Shown piece by piece: positions 47,239-57,719 of a stretch of DNA of 64,000 nucleotides (its first letter is position 1; the number at the start of each line of letters is the position of its first letter). A model generated the notes under the pieces. The model did not search any database. It saw only the letters and a program-made list of their open reading frames with translations, and was not told the origin of the DNA. The stretch comes from Ferruginibacter sp. (GTDB lineage: Bacteria; Bacteroidota; Bacteroidia; Chitinophagales; Chitinophagaceae). The position numbers were made by a program, and so were the translations under genes. The stretch spans positions 17,380-81,379 of the forward strand of contig JBDSGK010000017.1 in the NCBI GenBank assembly GCA_039919015.1. The letters are read 5' to 3'.

Positions 47239-48414
47239 ATGGCATCATTTAACAGGAGAAATTTTTTAAGAACTTCGGGCATAAGCATATTACCTGCGCT
47301 TATTCCTTTCGCATCGGTTTTAGCAAGGGGTACACATACAAAACAATCCTCCCCTCCTGGTTCAACCATTATAAAATTCTTTGGTGATGGTGAAACCTTT
47401 GAACCGGGGGAATATCTTACAGAATTGCAGCATGCGCATGCGGCCACGGCCATTATAAGAGACAGGTATGGATCAGGGGGTGTGGTGGAGGCTTTGGAAA
47501 AAAAATTTGCGGAATTAACCGGCAAAGAAAAGTCAATTTTTATGCCCACCGGTACCATGGCCAACCAGTTGGCTATTGCTGTATTGAGTGGTGAGAATAC
47601 CAAGATCTTTGTACAGGATACCAGCCATGTGTACAGGGATGAAGCTGATGCAGCCCAGTCTGTTTTTAATAAAAGGCTGATGCCGCTGGCAAAGAACGAA
47701 ACTTATTTTACTGCTCAGCAATTACAGAACGCGATTGAAAATTTAGGCAATGAAGAGGTTTTTAGATCAGGTGTTGGTGCAGTATCCATAGAAAGCCCGG
47801 TAAGACGGACCGATGGCCGGGCAGTGCCACTTGATGAGATCATTAAGATCAGCAGCTACTGCCGCAAGAATAAGATCGGCCTGCATCTTGATGGGGCAAG
47901 GATCTTTATGGCATCGGCCTGGACAGGCACACCCGTAAAAGAATATGCTTCCCATTTTGATACGGTTTATATCTCCCTGTATAAATATTTTGGTGCCGGG
48001 GCGGGGGCTGTGCTTAGCGGACCTGCAGCAGTAATTGATAAAATGGGGCACCTTATGAAGATACATGGTGGCGCCATGTACAGCAACTGGACCAATGCAA
48101 CCATGGCGCTTCACCGGTTGGAAGGATTTGAAACCCGTTTACAAAATGCAGTAAAAGCTTCCAATGAGATCTTCAGTGCCTTAAATAAACTACCGGGTAT
48201 CCAGGTAAAAGCGCTTGACGGGGGCACTAATATCTACAACATGGAATTGGCAAAAGAGATTGATGGTAAAAAAATGCAGTCCACACTGAATAAAGATTTC
48301 AATATAAGAATGCCGCGGCCGAATGATAGAAATCAAACACAATTAACCGTAAATGAAACACTGCTTTACCAACCTGCAGATTATGTTATAAATGCATTTA
48401 AAAAAAGTATTTAA
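47239..48414 (+). CDS. Low-specificity threonine aldolase family PLP enzyme with Tat signal
   Basis: NRRNFL twin-arginine motif; FMPTGTMANQLA, LHLDGARI and YISLYKYFGA (PLP Lys). Confidence 0.85.
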   Translation: MASFNRRNFLRTSGISILPALIPFASVLARGTHTKQSSPPGSTIIKFFGDGETFEPGEYLTELQHAHAATAIIRDRYGSGGVVEALEKKFAELTGKEKSIFMPTGTMANQLAIAVLSGENTKIFVQDTSHVYRDEADAAQSVFNKRLMPLAKNETYFTAQQLQNAIENLGNEEVFRSGVGAVSIESPVRRTDGRAVPLDEIIKISSYCRKNKIGLHLDGARIFMASAWTGTPVKEYASHFDTVYISLYKYFGAGAGAVLSGPAAVIDKMGHLMKIHGGAMYSNWTNATMALHRLEGFETRLQNAVKASNEIFSALNKLPGIQVKALDGGTNIYNMELAKEIDGKKMQSTLNKDFNIRMPRPNDRNQTQLTVNETLLYQPADYVINAFKKSI

Positions 48415-48870
48415 ATGAACCGGGAGATATCCTTGAAAATTATTTTAGAAAACCCGCCTGCAGGTGTTGACTTTGGTATTCAAAAAGGCAGTGGCAATAA
48501 ATACGAAACCATATTAAAACAAAAGTCAGGGACGGGCGAGCTGCAATTTGAATTTGCCATCACTGTGAAGCAGGGGAAAGATGGTTCGCCGGATTTTTCA
48601 GGCGCAATAGTACAAGGCCCTCCGGGTAGCCGTTTCATCTATATTGATATTGGTACTTATGCAGGCGTAGCTGATTCATTATGGGGCCGCAGGTTAAAAA
48701 TACCACTAAGAGGAATTACAACTGATAGCATCACTAAATTACACAATGACCCGACATTGAACCTGGAAACAAAAGTGCCCGGTTCAGGAAAAGATGGCAG
48801 CCCAAATTGTGCAACTGTAAAACCATTCAGCGGATGGTATGTATCTGCAAAGAATACCAGGAAAAACTAA
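48415..48870 (+). CDS. DUF5990-like protein
   Basis: DFSGAIVQGPPGSRFIYI, WGRRLKIPL and DGSPNCATVKP; starts immediately after the upstream stop. Confidence 0.7.
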   Translation: MNREISLKIILENPPAGVDFGIQKGSGNKYETILKQKSGTGELQFEFAITVKQGKDGSPDFSGAIVQGPPGSRFIYIDIGTYAGVADSLWGRRLKIPLRGITTDSITKLHNDPTLNLETKVPGSGKDGSPNCATVKPFSGWYVSAKNTRKN

Positions 48871-48927
48871 ATGCACACGATCTCCTTTTAATAAATTATT
48901 CTTCCTTTCTTTGGTAAAACTTAGTTC

Positions 48928-49770
48928 ATGCGGATCGCTATTGTTACCAATACACTTGCCGGCAGCGGAAAAGCAGTTAAGCTGGCAGCTAAAATTCAAA
49001 GCATCCTAAACAACAGGAAGATAGCCTGCAGCATAATTACAGAAAAAGAATGGGATGGACGGGTCTATGATTTTGACCAGGCCTGGATCGTGGGTGGTGA
49101 TGGTACCCTTAATTATTTTGTTAATCAATATAATGATATAAAAACACCGCTTTGCATTTTTAACGGTGGCACCGGCAATGATTTTTATGCATTGCTGTAT
49201 GGTAAAATAACTGTGGAAGACCAGGTCGGCCTGGTACTACGTTCATCTCCAAAACCAATTGATGCCGGTATATGTAATGACCGGTATTTTTTAAATGGCG
49301 CAGGCATTGGCTTTGATGGTGCCGTTGCAAAAGGATTGCAGGGCGTGAATAAATGGGGCGGCAAAACCTCTTTCATGATCTCTATCTTAAAACATATTTT
49401 CTTTTACAAGGAGCAACACTATTCAATTGCATCTGCAGAAAAAACCATTGAAGGGAAATTGATGATGATCAGTGTAGCCAATGGCTCCCGCTATGGCGGT
49501 GGTTTTTTTGTGGCCCCGTTGGCAAAACCCGGTGATGGTTTATTGGATGTGAACCTGGTAAAACCCCTCTCCGCTTTTAAAAGACTGAAATATTTACCTG
49601 TTATAGAAAAAGGAAAACACCTCGGACTTCCTTTTAATGATCATTACAATACCCGTAAGATAACCATCAAAAGTGACCTGCCTATCCAGTGTCATTTGGA
49701 TGGTGAATACCTGGAAAGCAAGGAATTAACTATAGAAATATTGCCGTCACATTTTAATTTTATATATTAA
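48928..49770 (+). CDS. Diacylglycerol/lipid kinase family protein (YegS-like)
   Basis: VTNTLAGSG, VGGDGTLN, GGTGNDF, YFLNGAGIGFDG, NGSRYGGG and HLDGE. Confidence 0.92.
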   Translation: MRIAIVTNTLAGSGKAVKLAAKIQSILNNRKIACSIITEKEWDGRVYDFDQAWIVGGDGTLNYFVNQYNDIKTPLCIFNGGTGNDFYALLYGKITVEDQVGLVLRSSPKPIDAGICNDRYFLNGAGIGFDGAVAKGLQGVNKWGGKTSFMISILKHIFFYKEQHYSIASAEKTIEGKLMMISVANGSRYGGGFFVAPLAKPGDGLLDVNLVKPLSAFKRLKYLPVIEKGKHLGLPFNDHYNTRKITIKSDLPIQCHLDGEYLESKELTIEILPSHFNFIY

Positions 49771-49789
49771 CTGTATATCAATAATTAAC

Positions 49790-50764
49790 ATGAGGAAAAT
49801 AATTGTTTGGATATTTCTTTTTGCATTGCATTCCTGTGCCGGTAATACGGACACTAAAAATACTATTGTTGCAAATACTGATACTGTTAACCGGGTAACC
49901 GGTATTTCATTGATTGTATTAGGCACCATCCAGGATGCAGGATCGCCTCAAATTGGTTGTACAAAAGATTGTTGTAAAGGATTGTTTGGGCAACCCGATA
50001 AAAACAGGAAAGTTGTTTCGCTTGGCATTATTGACCCGGCAGGAAAGAAAAAATTCATCCTTGAAGCAACACCCGATATTGCAGTACAGGCCAGGATATT
50101 AAATGACCATGCTTCTTTTGGGGGCCATGATATCCCAGATGGGATTTTTATAACCCATGCACATATCGGGCATTATAGCGGACTGATGTACCTGGGTAAA
50201 GAAGCCATGAATACCGACAGTGTACCGGTGTATACGATGCCCAGGTTGAAAGCTTTCCTTGAACAAAACGGGCCCTGGAGCCAGCTCATCAAGAACAGGA
50301 ATATCGTTGTTAAAGAAATGCATAACCGGCAGGAGATACAGTTAACCCCCGCACTTACTATCATTCCTTTTACCGTTCCCCACCGTGATGAATTTTCTGA
50401 AACTGTTGGATACCGCATCATCGGCCCTAATAAAAAAGTATTATTCATCCCTGACATTGATAAATGGGAAAAATGGGGTACAAAAATTATTGAAGCGATC
50501 TCAAAAGTGGATTATGCATTTATTGATGCCACTTTTTATGATGCAGCAGAGATCAATAACCGGGATATTTCAACTATACCTCATCCTTTTGTTATAGAAA
50601 GCATGAAACTTTTTGAAGAGCTCCCATCAGTTGAAAAGAAGAAGATCTATTTTATTCATTTTAATCATACCAACCCCCTCATCAACAAAAATTCAAAGCA
50701 GGCTCAACTCGTTTTAAAAAGCGGGTTTAATATCGCTTCTATCAACGATACTATAAAATTATGA
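49790..50764 (+). CDS. PqqB-like MBL-fold metallohydrolase, probable lipoprotein
   Basis: LGTIQDAGSPQIGC..DCC, ITHAHIGHYSG, VPHRDE, FIPDID, IDATFY and IHFNHTNP; LHSC lipobox. Confidence 0.85.
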   Translation: MRKIIVWIFLFALHSCAGNTDTKNTIVANTDTVNRVTGISLIVLGTIQDAGSPQIGCTKDCCKGLFGQPDKNRKVVSLGIIDPAGKKKFILEATPDIAVQARILNDHASFGGHDIPDGIFITHAHIGHYSGLMYLGKEAMNTDSVPVYTMPRLKAFLEQNGPWSQLIKNRNIVVKEMHNRQEIQLTPALTIIPFTVPHRDEFSETVGYRIIGPNKKVLFIPDIDKWEKWGTKIIEAISKVDYAFIDATFYDAAEINNRDISTIPHPFVIESMKLFEELPSVEKKKIYFIHFNHTNPLINKNSKQAQLVLKSGFNIASINDTIKL

Positions 50765-50870
50765 TATTGTGCCGGCCTTACTTTACTATTAGCATATATG
50801 TTTTAAATAGGTATCTTTAAACCATAACCGGACAACATAGTTTAGACCCTGAAAATCCTGTCAATTAAAA

Positions 50871-53750
50871 ATGGCCACTACAAAAAATATAGCATCTAAC
50901 GGCGAGGAAGGATTACTGTATCGCTCACTGATTGAACAAACATCAGATACTGTCTGTATTACTGATGCTTCTTTAAAATTCATCGAAATAAATCGCAATG
51001 GCTGCCGGATGTTGGGGTACTCCAAGGAAGAAATTTTACAACTTTCCTTAACAGATTTTCTGTTTGAAGAAGACCTAGTAACAAAGCCGTTACTAATTGA
51101 TGATCTCATGTTGGGTAAACTGGTGAGCAATGAACGCAGGATTAAAAGGAAAGACGGAACAGCGATAGAAGTAGAATTGAACGGAAAGATGATCGAAGGC
51201 GGCAGGTTTATGTACTTTGGCCGTGATATCACGGAAAGGAAAAAAGCGCAAAAAGAATTAGAGGCTGCCTATATTGAAAAGAACAATATCCTGGAGAGCA
51301 TTACAGATGGTTTTTTTGCAGTGGATAACAATTCGACAGTAACCTATTGGAATAAAAGAGCAGAGGTTCTGCTTAATGCAAAAAGAGAGGATGTAATTGG
51401 CAAAAATCTTCACGAGATGTTTGCCAGGCCCGGCTCTATGGCGTTTTATGATAATTATCAAAAAGCCACGAGGGAAAATACCACGGTGCATTTCGAAGCG
51501 TTTTCTGAGCGGAGCCAAAAATGGTTTGCAGTAAGTGCTTTTGCTTCTGCCAACGGGTTGTCGGTGTATTTTAAAGATGTTACCCACCGGAAGGTCGCCC
51601 AGGAAAAAATAAAAGAAAGTGAATTACGATACCGTTCGCTTGTAGAACAGGCAACTGATGCCATTTGTATAACAGATGCTTCCATGAAGATCATTGAGAT
51701 CAACCCCTGTGCCTGCCAGATGCTGGGATATTCAAAAGAGGAATTTTTAGACCTGACCATAGCAGACCTTTTTGTTGCGGATGATTTTAAAGCCAACCCT
51801 TTAAAACTGGAAGAATTAAGGTCAGGAAAAGTTGTGAGTAATGAAAGAAGGTTTAAAAGAAAAAACGGCACACTGATAGAAACGGAAATAAATGCTAAAA
51901 TACTTGACGATGGCAGGTTTGTAGTTTTTGCACGTGACATTACAGAAAGGAAAAAGGCAGAGATACTTTTGCAGGAAAGCAATGAACGTTTTAACCTGGT
52001 GAGCAAGGCTACCAGTGATATGGTATGGGATTGGGACTTAGTAACAGGTATAGTTTACAGGAACAAAGAAGGCTGGAAAAAAATATTTGGAACGGATATA
52101 CCGGAAACAGAAACTGGTACAAAAGAGGAATGGGATAGCAGGGTACATCCAGAGGACCGGTATAAAGTGGAAATGGTAAGAGATGAAATATATAATTTAG
52201 GCAATAGTTTTTTTGAGGTACAATGCAGGATGCTGCGTGATGATGGCAGTTATGTTTATATTCATGATAAGGGCAATATTATTCGTAATGAGTATGGAAA
52301 GCCGGTGAGGCTGATAGGCGCAACACAGGATATTACCGAGAGAAAAGAAGCTGAATTACAGGTTGCGAAGAGCGAATTGCGTTTCAGGTCACTTATACAA
52401 AATGGCTCCGACCTTACGAATATACTGGATGAAAAAGGTTATTACCTGTATACGAGTCCCGCTGCTGTAAGGATATTGGGATATGAGCCCGAAGAACTTG
52501 TAGGAAAAAATTCCTTTGCGTTCATACACCCGGATGATATCAATTCAATAAAGGAACGTTTATCAATAAAGGGAAACGAAAAATTTCGTGAACTCAGTGC
52601 CTTCCGTTTTAAAAATGCAAAAGGTGAATGGAGATGGCTGGAAAGCAGGGTCACGGATATGACTGATAACCCGGAAATACGGGGTTATGTATTCAACTCA
52701 CGGGATGTAACAGAAAGGAAAAAAGCTGAGGATGAAATAAAAAAACTATCCGTTATTGCACGTGAAACGGTGAATGCTGTAGTGATAACCGATCCGGAAG
52801 GCAAGATAGTTTGGGTAAACGAGGCCTTTACCCGTATCACAGAATTTAATGTAGAGGAAGTGCTTGGTAAAAAACCCGGCGATTTTTTACAAGGTGAAGA
52901 AACAAGCCCTGGTGCTGTTCAATTCATGCGTGCAGAAATGAAAAAATCAGAACCATTTGAATGTGACATCATTAATTATTCCAGATCCGGTAGAAAATAC
53001 TGGATCCGTATCCAGTGCCAGCCACAGTTTGATGAAAGCGGAAAACTGTTGCATTTTTTTGCCATCCAGACTGATATCACTGATAAAATATTCCTGGAGC
53101 GTGAGTTGGAAAATGAGCGACGTTTAAAACAGCAGGAAATTACCGAAGCAGTGATCAGTGCCCAGGAAAAAGAACGGCAGCAACTGGGAAGCGAATTACA
53201 TGATAATATAATCCAGATACTGGCAGGATCACGGTTGTACCTTGGTCTTGCAGAAAAAGAATTAAAGCTTGAACATGCTTATTTGAGGGAAACGGATAAA
53301 CTCATCAATAGAGCTGTTACAGAAATAAGGAACCTCTCACATGCATTGATACCGCCATCTTTGAATGAATCAGAACTTATCGGGGCAATTGAAAGTATAG
53401 TAAAAGTTACTCAGCAAACCAGTGGAATTGTAATAAGCCTGCAGGCAAAAGAAATGGATGAAAGCAATCTAAGCGACAAACTGAAGCTTTGCATATACAG
53501 GATCATACAGGAGCAGTTCAATAATATTTTGAAACATGCTGCTGCCCAAAATGTTATTGTATTGTTGATACAGGATAATGAAAAAACCTTATTGAGTATA
53601 AAAGATGATGGAATAGGTTTTAATACCGCTAAAAAATCCCAGGGTGTGGGACTGTTGAATATAAAAACAAGGGCCTCATTGTTTAACGGCGAACTTACGA
53701 TCATTTCTTCTCCGGGGAATGGCTGCGAATTGAGGGTGTTGTTTAATTGA
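50871..53750 (+). CDS. Cytoplasmic multi-PAS sensor histidine kinase (HisKA_3)
   Basis: Six PAS/PAC units ending DITERKK-like; ERQQLGSELHD phospho-His; QEQFNNILKHA, DDGIGF and GVGLLNI. No TM segments; no adjacent response regulator. Confidence 0.92.
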   Translation: MATTKNIASNGEEGLLYRSLIEQTSDTVCITDASLKFIEINRNGCRMLGYSKEEILQLSLTDFLFEEDLVTKPLLIDDLMLGKLVSNERRIKRKDGTAIEVELNGKMIEGGRFMYFGRDITERKKAQKELEAAYIEKNNILESITDGFFAVDNNSTVTYWNKRAEVLLNAKREDVIGKNLHEMFARPGSMAFYDNYQKATRENTTVHFEAFSERSQKWFAVSAFASANGLSVYFKDVTHRKVAQEKIKESELRYRSLVEQATDAICITDASMKIIEINPCACQMLGYSKEEFLDLTIADLFVADDFKANPLKLEELRSGKVVSNERRFKRKNGTLIETEINAKILDDGRFVVFARDITERKKAEILLQESNERFNLVSKATSDMVWDWDLVTGIVYRNKEGWKKIFGTDIPETETGTKEEWDSRVHPEDRYKVEMVRDEIYNLGNSFFEVQCRMLRDDGSYVYIHDKGNIIRNEYGKPVRLIGATQDITERKEAELQVAKSELRFRSLIQNGSDLTNILDEKGYYLYTSPAAVRILGYEPEELVGKNSFAFIHPDDINSIKERLSIKGNEKFRELSAFRFKNAKGEWRWLESRVTDMTDNPEIRGYVFNSRDVTERKKAEDEIKKLSVIARETVNAVVITDPEGKIVWVNEAFTRITEFNVEEVLGKKPGDFLQGEETSPGAVQFMRAEMKKSEPFECDIINYSRSGRKYWIRIQCQPQFDESGKLLHFFAIQTDITDKIFLERELENERRLKQQEITEAVISAQEKERQQLGSELHDNIIQILAGSRLYLGLAEKELKLEHAYLRETDKLINRAVTEIRNLSHALIPPSLNESELIGAIESIVKVTQQTSGIVISLQAKEMDESNLSDKLKLCIYRIIQEQFNNILKHAAAQNVIVLLIQDNEKTLLSIKDDGIGFNTAKKSQGVGLLNIKTRASLFNGELTIISSPGNGCELRVLFN

Positions 53751-53807
53751 TATTTTTTATTCAGAAAGAACCCCGATCCCGGATTTTAACCGCGCAATTT
53801 ATTTTGC

Positions 53808-55421
53808 TTATTTATTTGCATCATCAACGATTTTCCTTGTATGAACACGAACAGCATTTGCCTGTAGCAGGTATTTGTGGCTTAAAGCCGTTTGTTTATA
53901 AGCTGTAAACAATTCCCTGTTTAATATTTCCTTTACCTGCATGTGTGATAACATATATCTTTTGGGTAAATTAAATCTTGCAACTACATCACTCTCACCA
54001 AAAAATTGATCTTTTACATTTATTGTTCCATTAACGGCAGGTAAAAAATAATTAGCCCGCCGCTTTTCGACAGGAATATCATACCCGTTCACAAGCCAAA
54101 AATCCCCAATGGCTTCCTTGGCTAATTGTACAAGTGCTGTAACTGAGTTGGGCTCTTTTTTTATACGGTCAGCATGTACAACAACAATGTTCCTGTTAAA
54201 GCTGCAGTTCTTATTTTGTATATAAGGGAAATAATCATCCATCTTCGGCTTAGGCAACATAATGATAATATTATCAGTTATATTGACAGGTCGGGAAAAA
54301 TCTGAACTTACAATAGCCCTGGTTCCTGAGTAAATAATGTTCTTATTGATCTCTTGTACAATTGGTCCGGTATATCCCTGGTCAGCAATATCAACCTGTA
54401 TGTTACCGAATATGATGGAATTTGAAATAGTAGAATTTAAACTGTACATGCCCACTCCATTGAGCAGTTGTGAATATCCCCCGGCAGCATCAGATATAAA
54501 ACAGGAATCAATAACTACTTTCTCAGATTGTAATGTGGTAACGATCTGGAATCCATTGTTTCCTCTCAGGTTACAATTCCTGATCAGCACATTGCTGAGC
54601 TTACCAGAGCCAAATTCATTCTCAATATCAATACCTGCACCGGGAGCATGCCAACCATAGCCCCCGGTTATTCCGGTAGAATCAAAAGAAGAATTTAAGA
54701 CCCTGATATTTCTGCCTTTTACGATACTCAATCCCTGCCTGGCATTCTTATATGAATTGCATTTGTTTATCAGGATATTTTCTCCACTACTTCTGATCAA
54801 AATACCATCTGCAGCAAAATGGTGCGTGGTGATGTTTTGCAAAACTATATTACTGCTGATATCAGTTGGTGCCTCATCAGAAATGAATACGCCATAGTTC
54901 TCCCCCTCCACCACACCCGCCTGTTTCCGCATCTTATCAACTTCCCCATACAGCGTAAGGTCTTTTAACAAAACATTTTTACAATTCATTAATTTAAAAG
55001 GGCAAACCGTATTATTGTAAGCATAAAAATAAGGAAGACCGGCAGCCTGGTAGTCCCTTTTCCTTGTGAACTTTCCATTAAGCCTTATCACCGCATTGTT
55101 ACCAACAACAGTTAAATTATTGCAATTCTTAAAAATGATATCGGCGGCTGTATAGCGGTTATTTTTTTCGGCGGTCTTATAAGCTGCAATATAATACCTG
55201 CCTGCAGGAATGTTTAATTGCCCGCCGCCTGCTTTGGATATGGTTTCTGCAGCTTTTGCAAAAGCAAGATAATTATCAGTTTTATCATCAGCCACTGCTT
55301 TAAAATCTTTTACAAGATCATAAACCTTTGTTTTTTGTGAGAATGCAGGCTGCTGCTTAGTAATTAAAAATGTGCAAAGGAAAACGGGTAATAAATAAAA
55401 AACGGGTTTGCTGCTGATCAT
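53808..55421 (-). CDS. Exported right-handed parallel beta-helix protein (pectate lyase 3-like N-terminus)
   Basis: DFKAVADDKTDNYLAF..A, LNIPAGRY; repeated I.I.N motifs, RQGLSI and GIDIE. Confidence 0.75.
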   Translation of the reverse strand: MISSKPVFYLLPVFLCTFLITKQQPAFSQKTKVYDLVKDFKAVADDKTDNYLAFAKAAETISKAGGGQLNIPAGRYYIAAYKTAEKNNRYTAADIIFKNCNNLTVVGNNAVIRLNGKFTRKRDYQAAGLPYFYAYNNTVCPFKLMNCKNVLLKDLTLYGEVDKMRKQAGVVEGENYGVFISDEAPTDISSNIVLQNITTHHFAADGILIRSSGENILINKCNSYKNARQGLSIVKGRNIRVLNSSFDSTGITGGYGWHAPGAGIDIENEFGSGKLSNVLIRNCNLRGNNGFQIVTTLQSEKVVIDSCFISDAAGGYSQLLNGVGMYSLNSTISNSIIFGNIQVDIADQGYTGPIVQEINKNIIYSGTRAIVSSDFSRPVNITDNIIIMLPKPKMDDYFPYIQNKNCSFNRNIVVVHADRIKKEPNSVTALVQLAKEAIGDFWLVNGYDIPVEKRRANYFLPAVNGTINVKDQFFGESDVVARFNLPKRYMLSHMQVKEILNRELFTAYKQTALSHKYLLQANAVRVHTRKIVDDANK

Positions 55422-55453
55422 ATTGGGTAAAATTTAAATTACCGGTGCAATTA

Positions 55454-55915
55454 TCATGCTGAAACCTTCTTCAATAACATCATCTGACCCAAATGATAAG
55501 CATCGTGCTGTAGGCAACCCATCATCAGTTCGTAAAAACTTTGTTCTTTTTTAGGAGAGGGTTTATCCAGGTTATCCGGGTTAAAATGCTGAATGGCATT
55601 ACGCAACAAATGATAAGCAGCCTCAAAATCATGCAATGCCTGTCTCCAGCTGGCTTCGTTACAATCACCTGGTAAAAGAAAATTCTGGAATGGCGGAGGG
55701 TTATTGGTGCCGGTTAAACGGTTTACGACCAATGTGCGCCAATAGGTAATGTGTGCTACCAGTTGCCAGGTGTTGTTGGTATTACCCGAAATATCCTGCA
55801 GGGCTTTATCGGGCCCTACCCCATGTAACACTTCTTTAAAATTATTACCTATCCAGCAGTCGCCATGTTGCAGATCGGCAAACAGTTTTAATATGCGGTT
55901 AATTTCATTAGCCAT
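55454..55915 (-). CDS. DinB family protein
   Basis: NNTWQLVAHITYWR and LQHDAYHLGQ. Confidence 0.88.
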   Translation of the reverse strand: MANEINRILKLFADLQHGDCWIGNNFKEVLHGVGPDKALQDISGNTNNTWQLVAHITYWRTLVVNRLTGTNNPPPFQNFLLPGDCNEASWRQALHDFEAAYHLLRNAIQHFNPDNLDKPSPKKEQSFYELMMGCLQHDAYHLGQMMLLKKVSA

Positions 55916-56072
55916 ATTTTTGTGCTGCGGTTAATGGTTGATGGTTAATAGTTAATGGAAGGAACCTCACAAATTTACGTATCAATCTGTAAAAATCAAA
56001 TGGGATTCTGCATTATCTTAAACTCAAAACAAATAACGATTAACTTATAACAGATAACAATTAACTTACAAT

Positions 56073-57719
56073 ATGGACTTAGAATTCAACAAGAATGAAG
56101 ATGCATTGAAAATGGCCTGGAGCCAGGTTAAGCAGCACCTGGAAAAGATCTATGAGGGCGGCGGAAAAAAATCGGCCGCCAAACAAAAGGAACGGAATAA
56201 ATTAACTGCCCGTGAGCGTATCAATTATTTATGCGATGCAGATAAACCATTTGTTGAGATCGGCGCTTTTGCGGGTTTTGATATGTACCCCGAAGAAGGT
56301 GGCTGCCCTGCCGGCGGAACAGTAAGCGGTATTGGTTATGTAAGCGGCAGGCAAGCCGTGATCGTTGCCAATGACCAGACCGTAAAAGCAGGCGCCTGGT
56401 TTCCTATTACCGGGAAGAAAAATTTAAGGATGCAGGAGATCGCCATGGAAAATAATTTACCCATCATCTACCTCGTCGACAGTGCGGGTGTTTTTCTACC
56501 GATGCAGGATGAGATATTCCCGGATAAGGAACATTTTGGCCGCATCTTCCGCAACAATGCAAAAATGAGTGCTATGGGTATAACGCAGATCGCCGCGGTA
56601 ATGGGCGCCTGCGTTGCAGGTGGTGCTTACCTGCCCATAATGAGTGATGAAACATTAATGGTAGAAGGCAATGGTTCTATTTACCTGGCAGGTCCCTACC
56701 TGGTTAAAGCAGCCATTGGTGAAGATATTGATAGTGAGACATTAGGTGGCGCTGATACACATAATTCCATCAGCGGTATTGCTGATTATAAATTCAAAAC
56801 TGAAGAAGCATGCCTGGACCAGGTGAAAAAGATCATGAATAAACTGGGGCATCATAAAAAAGCCGGGTTCGACAGGATAACTTCCACCCCACCTTTAAAA
56901 AATAATGGCGAAGTATATGGTATCATGAGTGCAGGCAACAGCAAGCCTTATGATATGGTTGACCTGATCAATTGCATTGCTGATACAGATTCGACTTCGC
57001 TCACTACCAGCTTTGACCAATTCAAACAAGACTATGGTAAAACCATTGTATGCGGTTATGGCCGTGTGGATGGCTGGGCAGTTGGTTTTGTTGCCAACCA
57101 GCGACTGATCGTAAAAAATAAAAAAGGCGAAATGCAACTGGGCGGTGTTATTTATAACGACAGTGCCGATAAAGCCGCCAGGTTCATCATGAACTGCAAT
57201 CAAAAAAGGATACCACTTGTTTTTTTACAGGATGTAACGGGCTTTATGGTAGGCAGCAGAAGTGAACATACCGGCATAATAAAAGACGGGGCCAAACTGG
57301 TAAATGCAGTTGCCAATTCCGTGGTTCCAAAGATCACCATCATTGTTGGCAACTCTTATGGTGCCGGTAATTATGCCATGTGTGGCAAAGCATACGATCC
57401 CCTATTTATTTATGCCTGGCCTACAGCAAAAATTGCTGTAATGGGTGGTGAACAGGCTGCCAAGACCATGCTTCAAATTCAGGTAGCCACTTTAAAGAAT
57501 AAAGGAGAAGTGATCACGCCTGAATTGGAACAGGAGTTACTGACCAAACTCATTGACCGTTACAATTCGCAAACCACACCATACTATGCCGGTGCCAGGC
57601 TTTGGATAGATGCGATCATTGACCCGGCCGATACCAGGAAAATGATATCGGAAGGCATTGCAGCAGCAGATCATAACCCGGATATTGCAGAGTTTAAAAC
57701 GGGGGTATTCCAGGTATAG
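56073..57719 (+). CDS. Acyl-CoA carboxylase beta subunit (methylcrotonyl/propionyl-CoA carboxyltransferase)
   Basis: KLTARERI, VANDQTVKAG, VDSAGVFL, GACVAGGAY, LQDVTGFMVG and VMGGEQAA. Confidence 0.93.
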   Translation: MDLEFNKNEDALKMAWSQVKQHLEKIYEGGGKKSAAKQKERNKLTARERINYLCDADKPFVEIGAFAGFDMYPEEGGCPAGGTVSGIGYVSGRQAVIVANDQTVKAGAWFPITGKKNLRMQEIAMENNLPIIYLVDSAGVFLPMQDEIFPDKEHFGRIFRNNAKMSAMGITQIAAVMGACVAGGAYLPIMSDETLMVEGNGSIYLAGPYLVKAAIGEDIDSETLGGADTHNSISGIADYKFKTEEACLDQVKKIMNKLGHHKKAGFDRITSTPPLKNNGEVYGIMSAGNSKPYDMVDLINCIADTDSTSLTTSFDQFKQDYGKTIVCGYGRVDGWAVGFVANQRLIVKNKKGEMQLGGVIYNDSADKAARFIMNCNQKRIPLVFLQDVTGFMVGSRSEHTGIIKDGAKLVNAVANSVVPKITIIVGNSYGAGNYAMCGKAYDPLFIYAWPTAKIAVMGGEQAAKTMLQIQVATLKNKGEVITPELEQELLTKLIDRYNSQTTPYYAGARLWIDAIIDPADTRKMISEGIAAADHNPDIAEFKTGVFQV

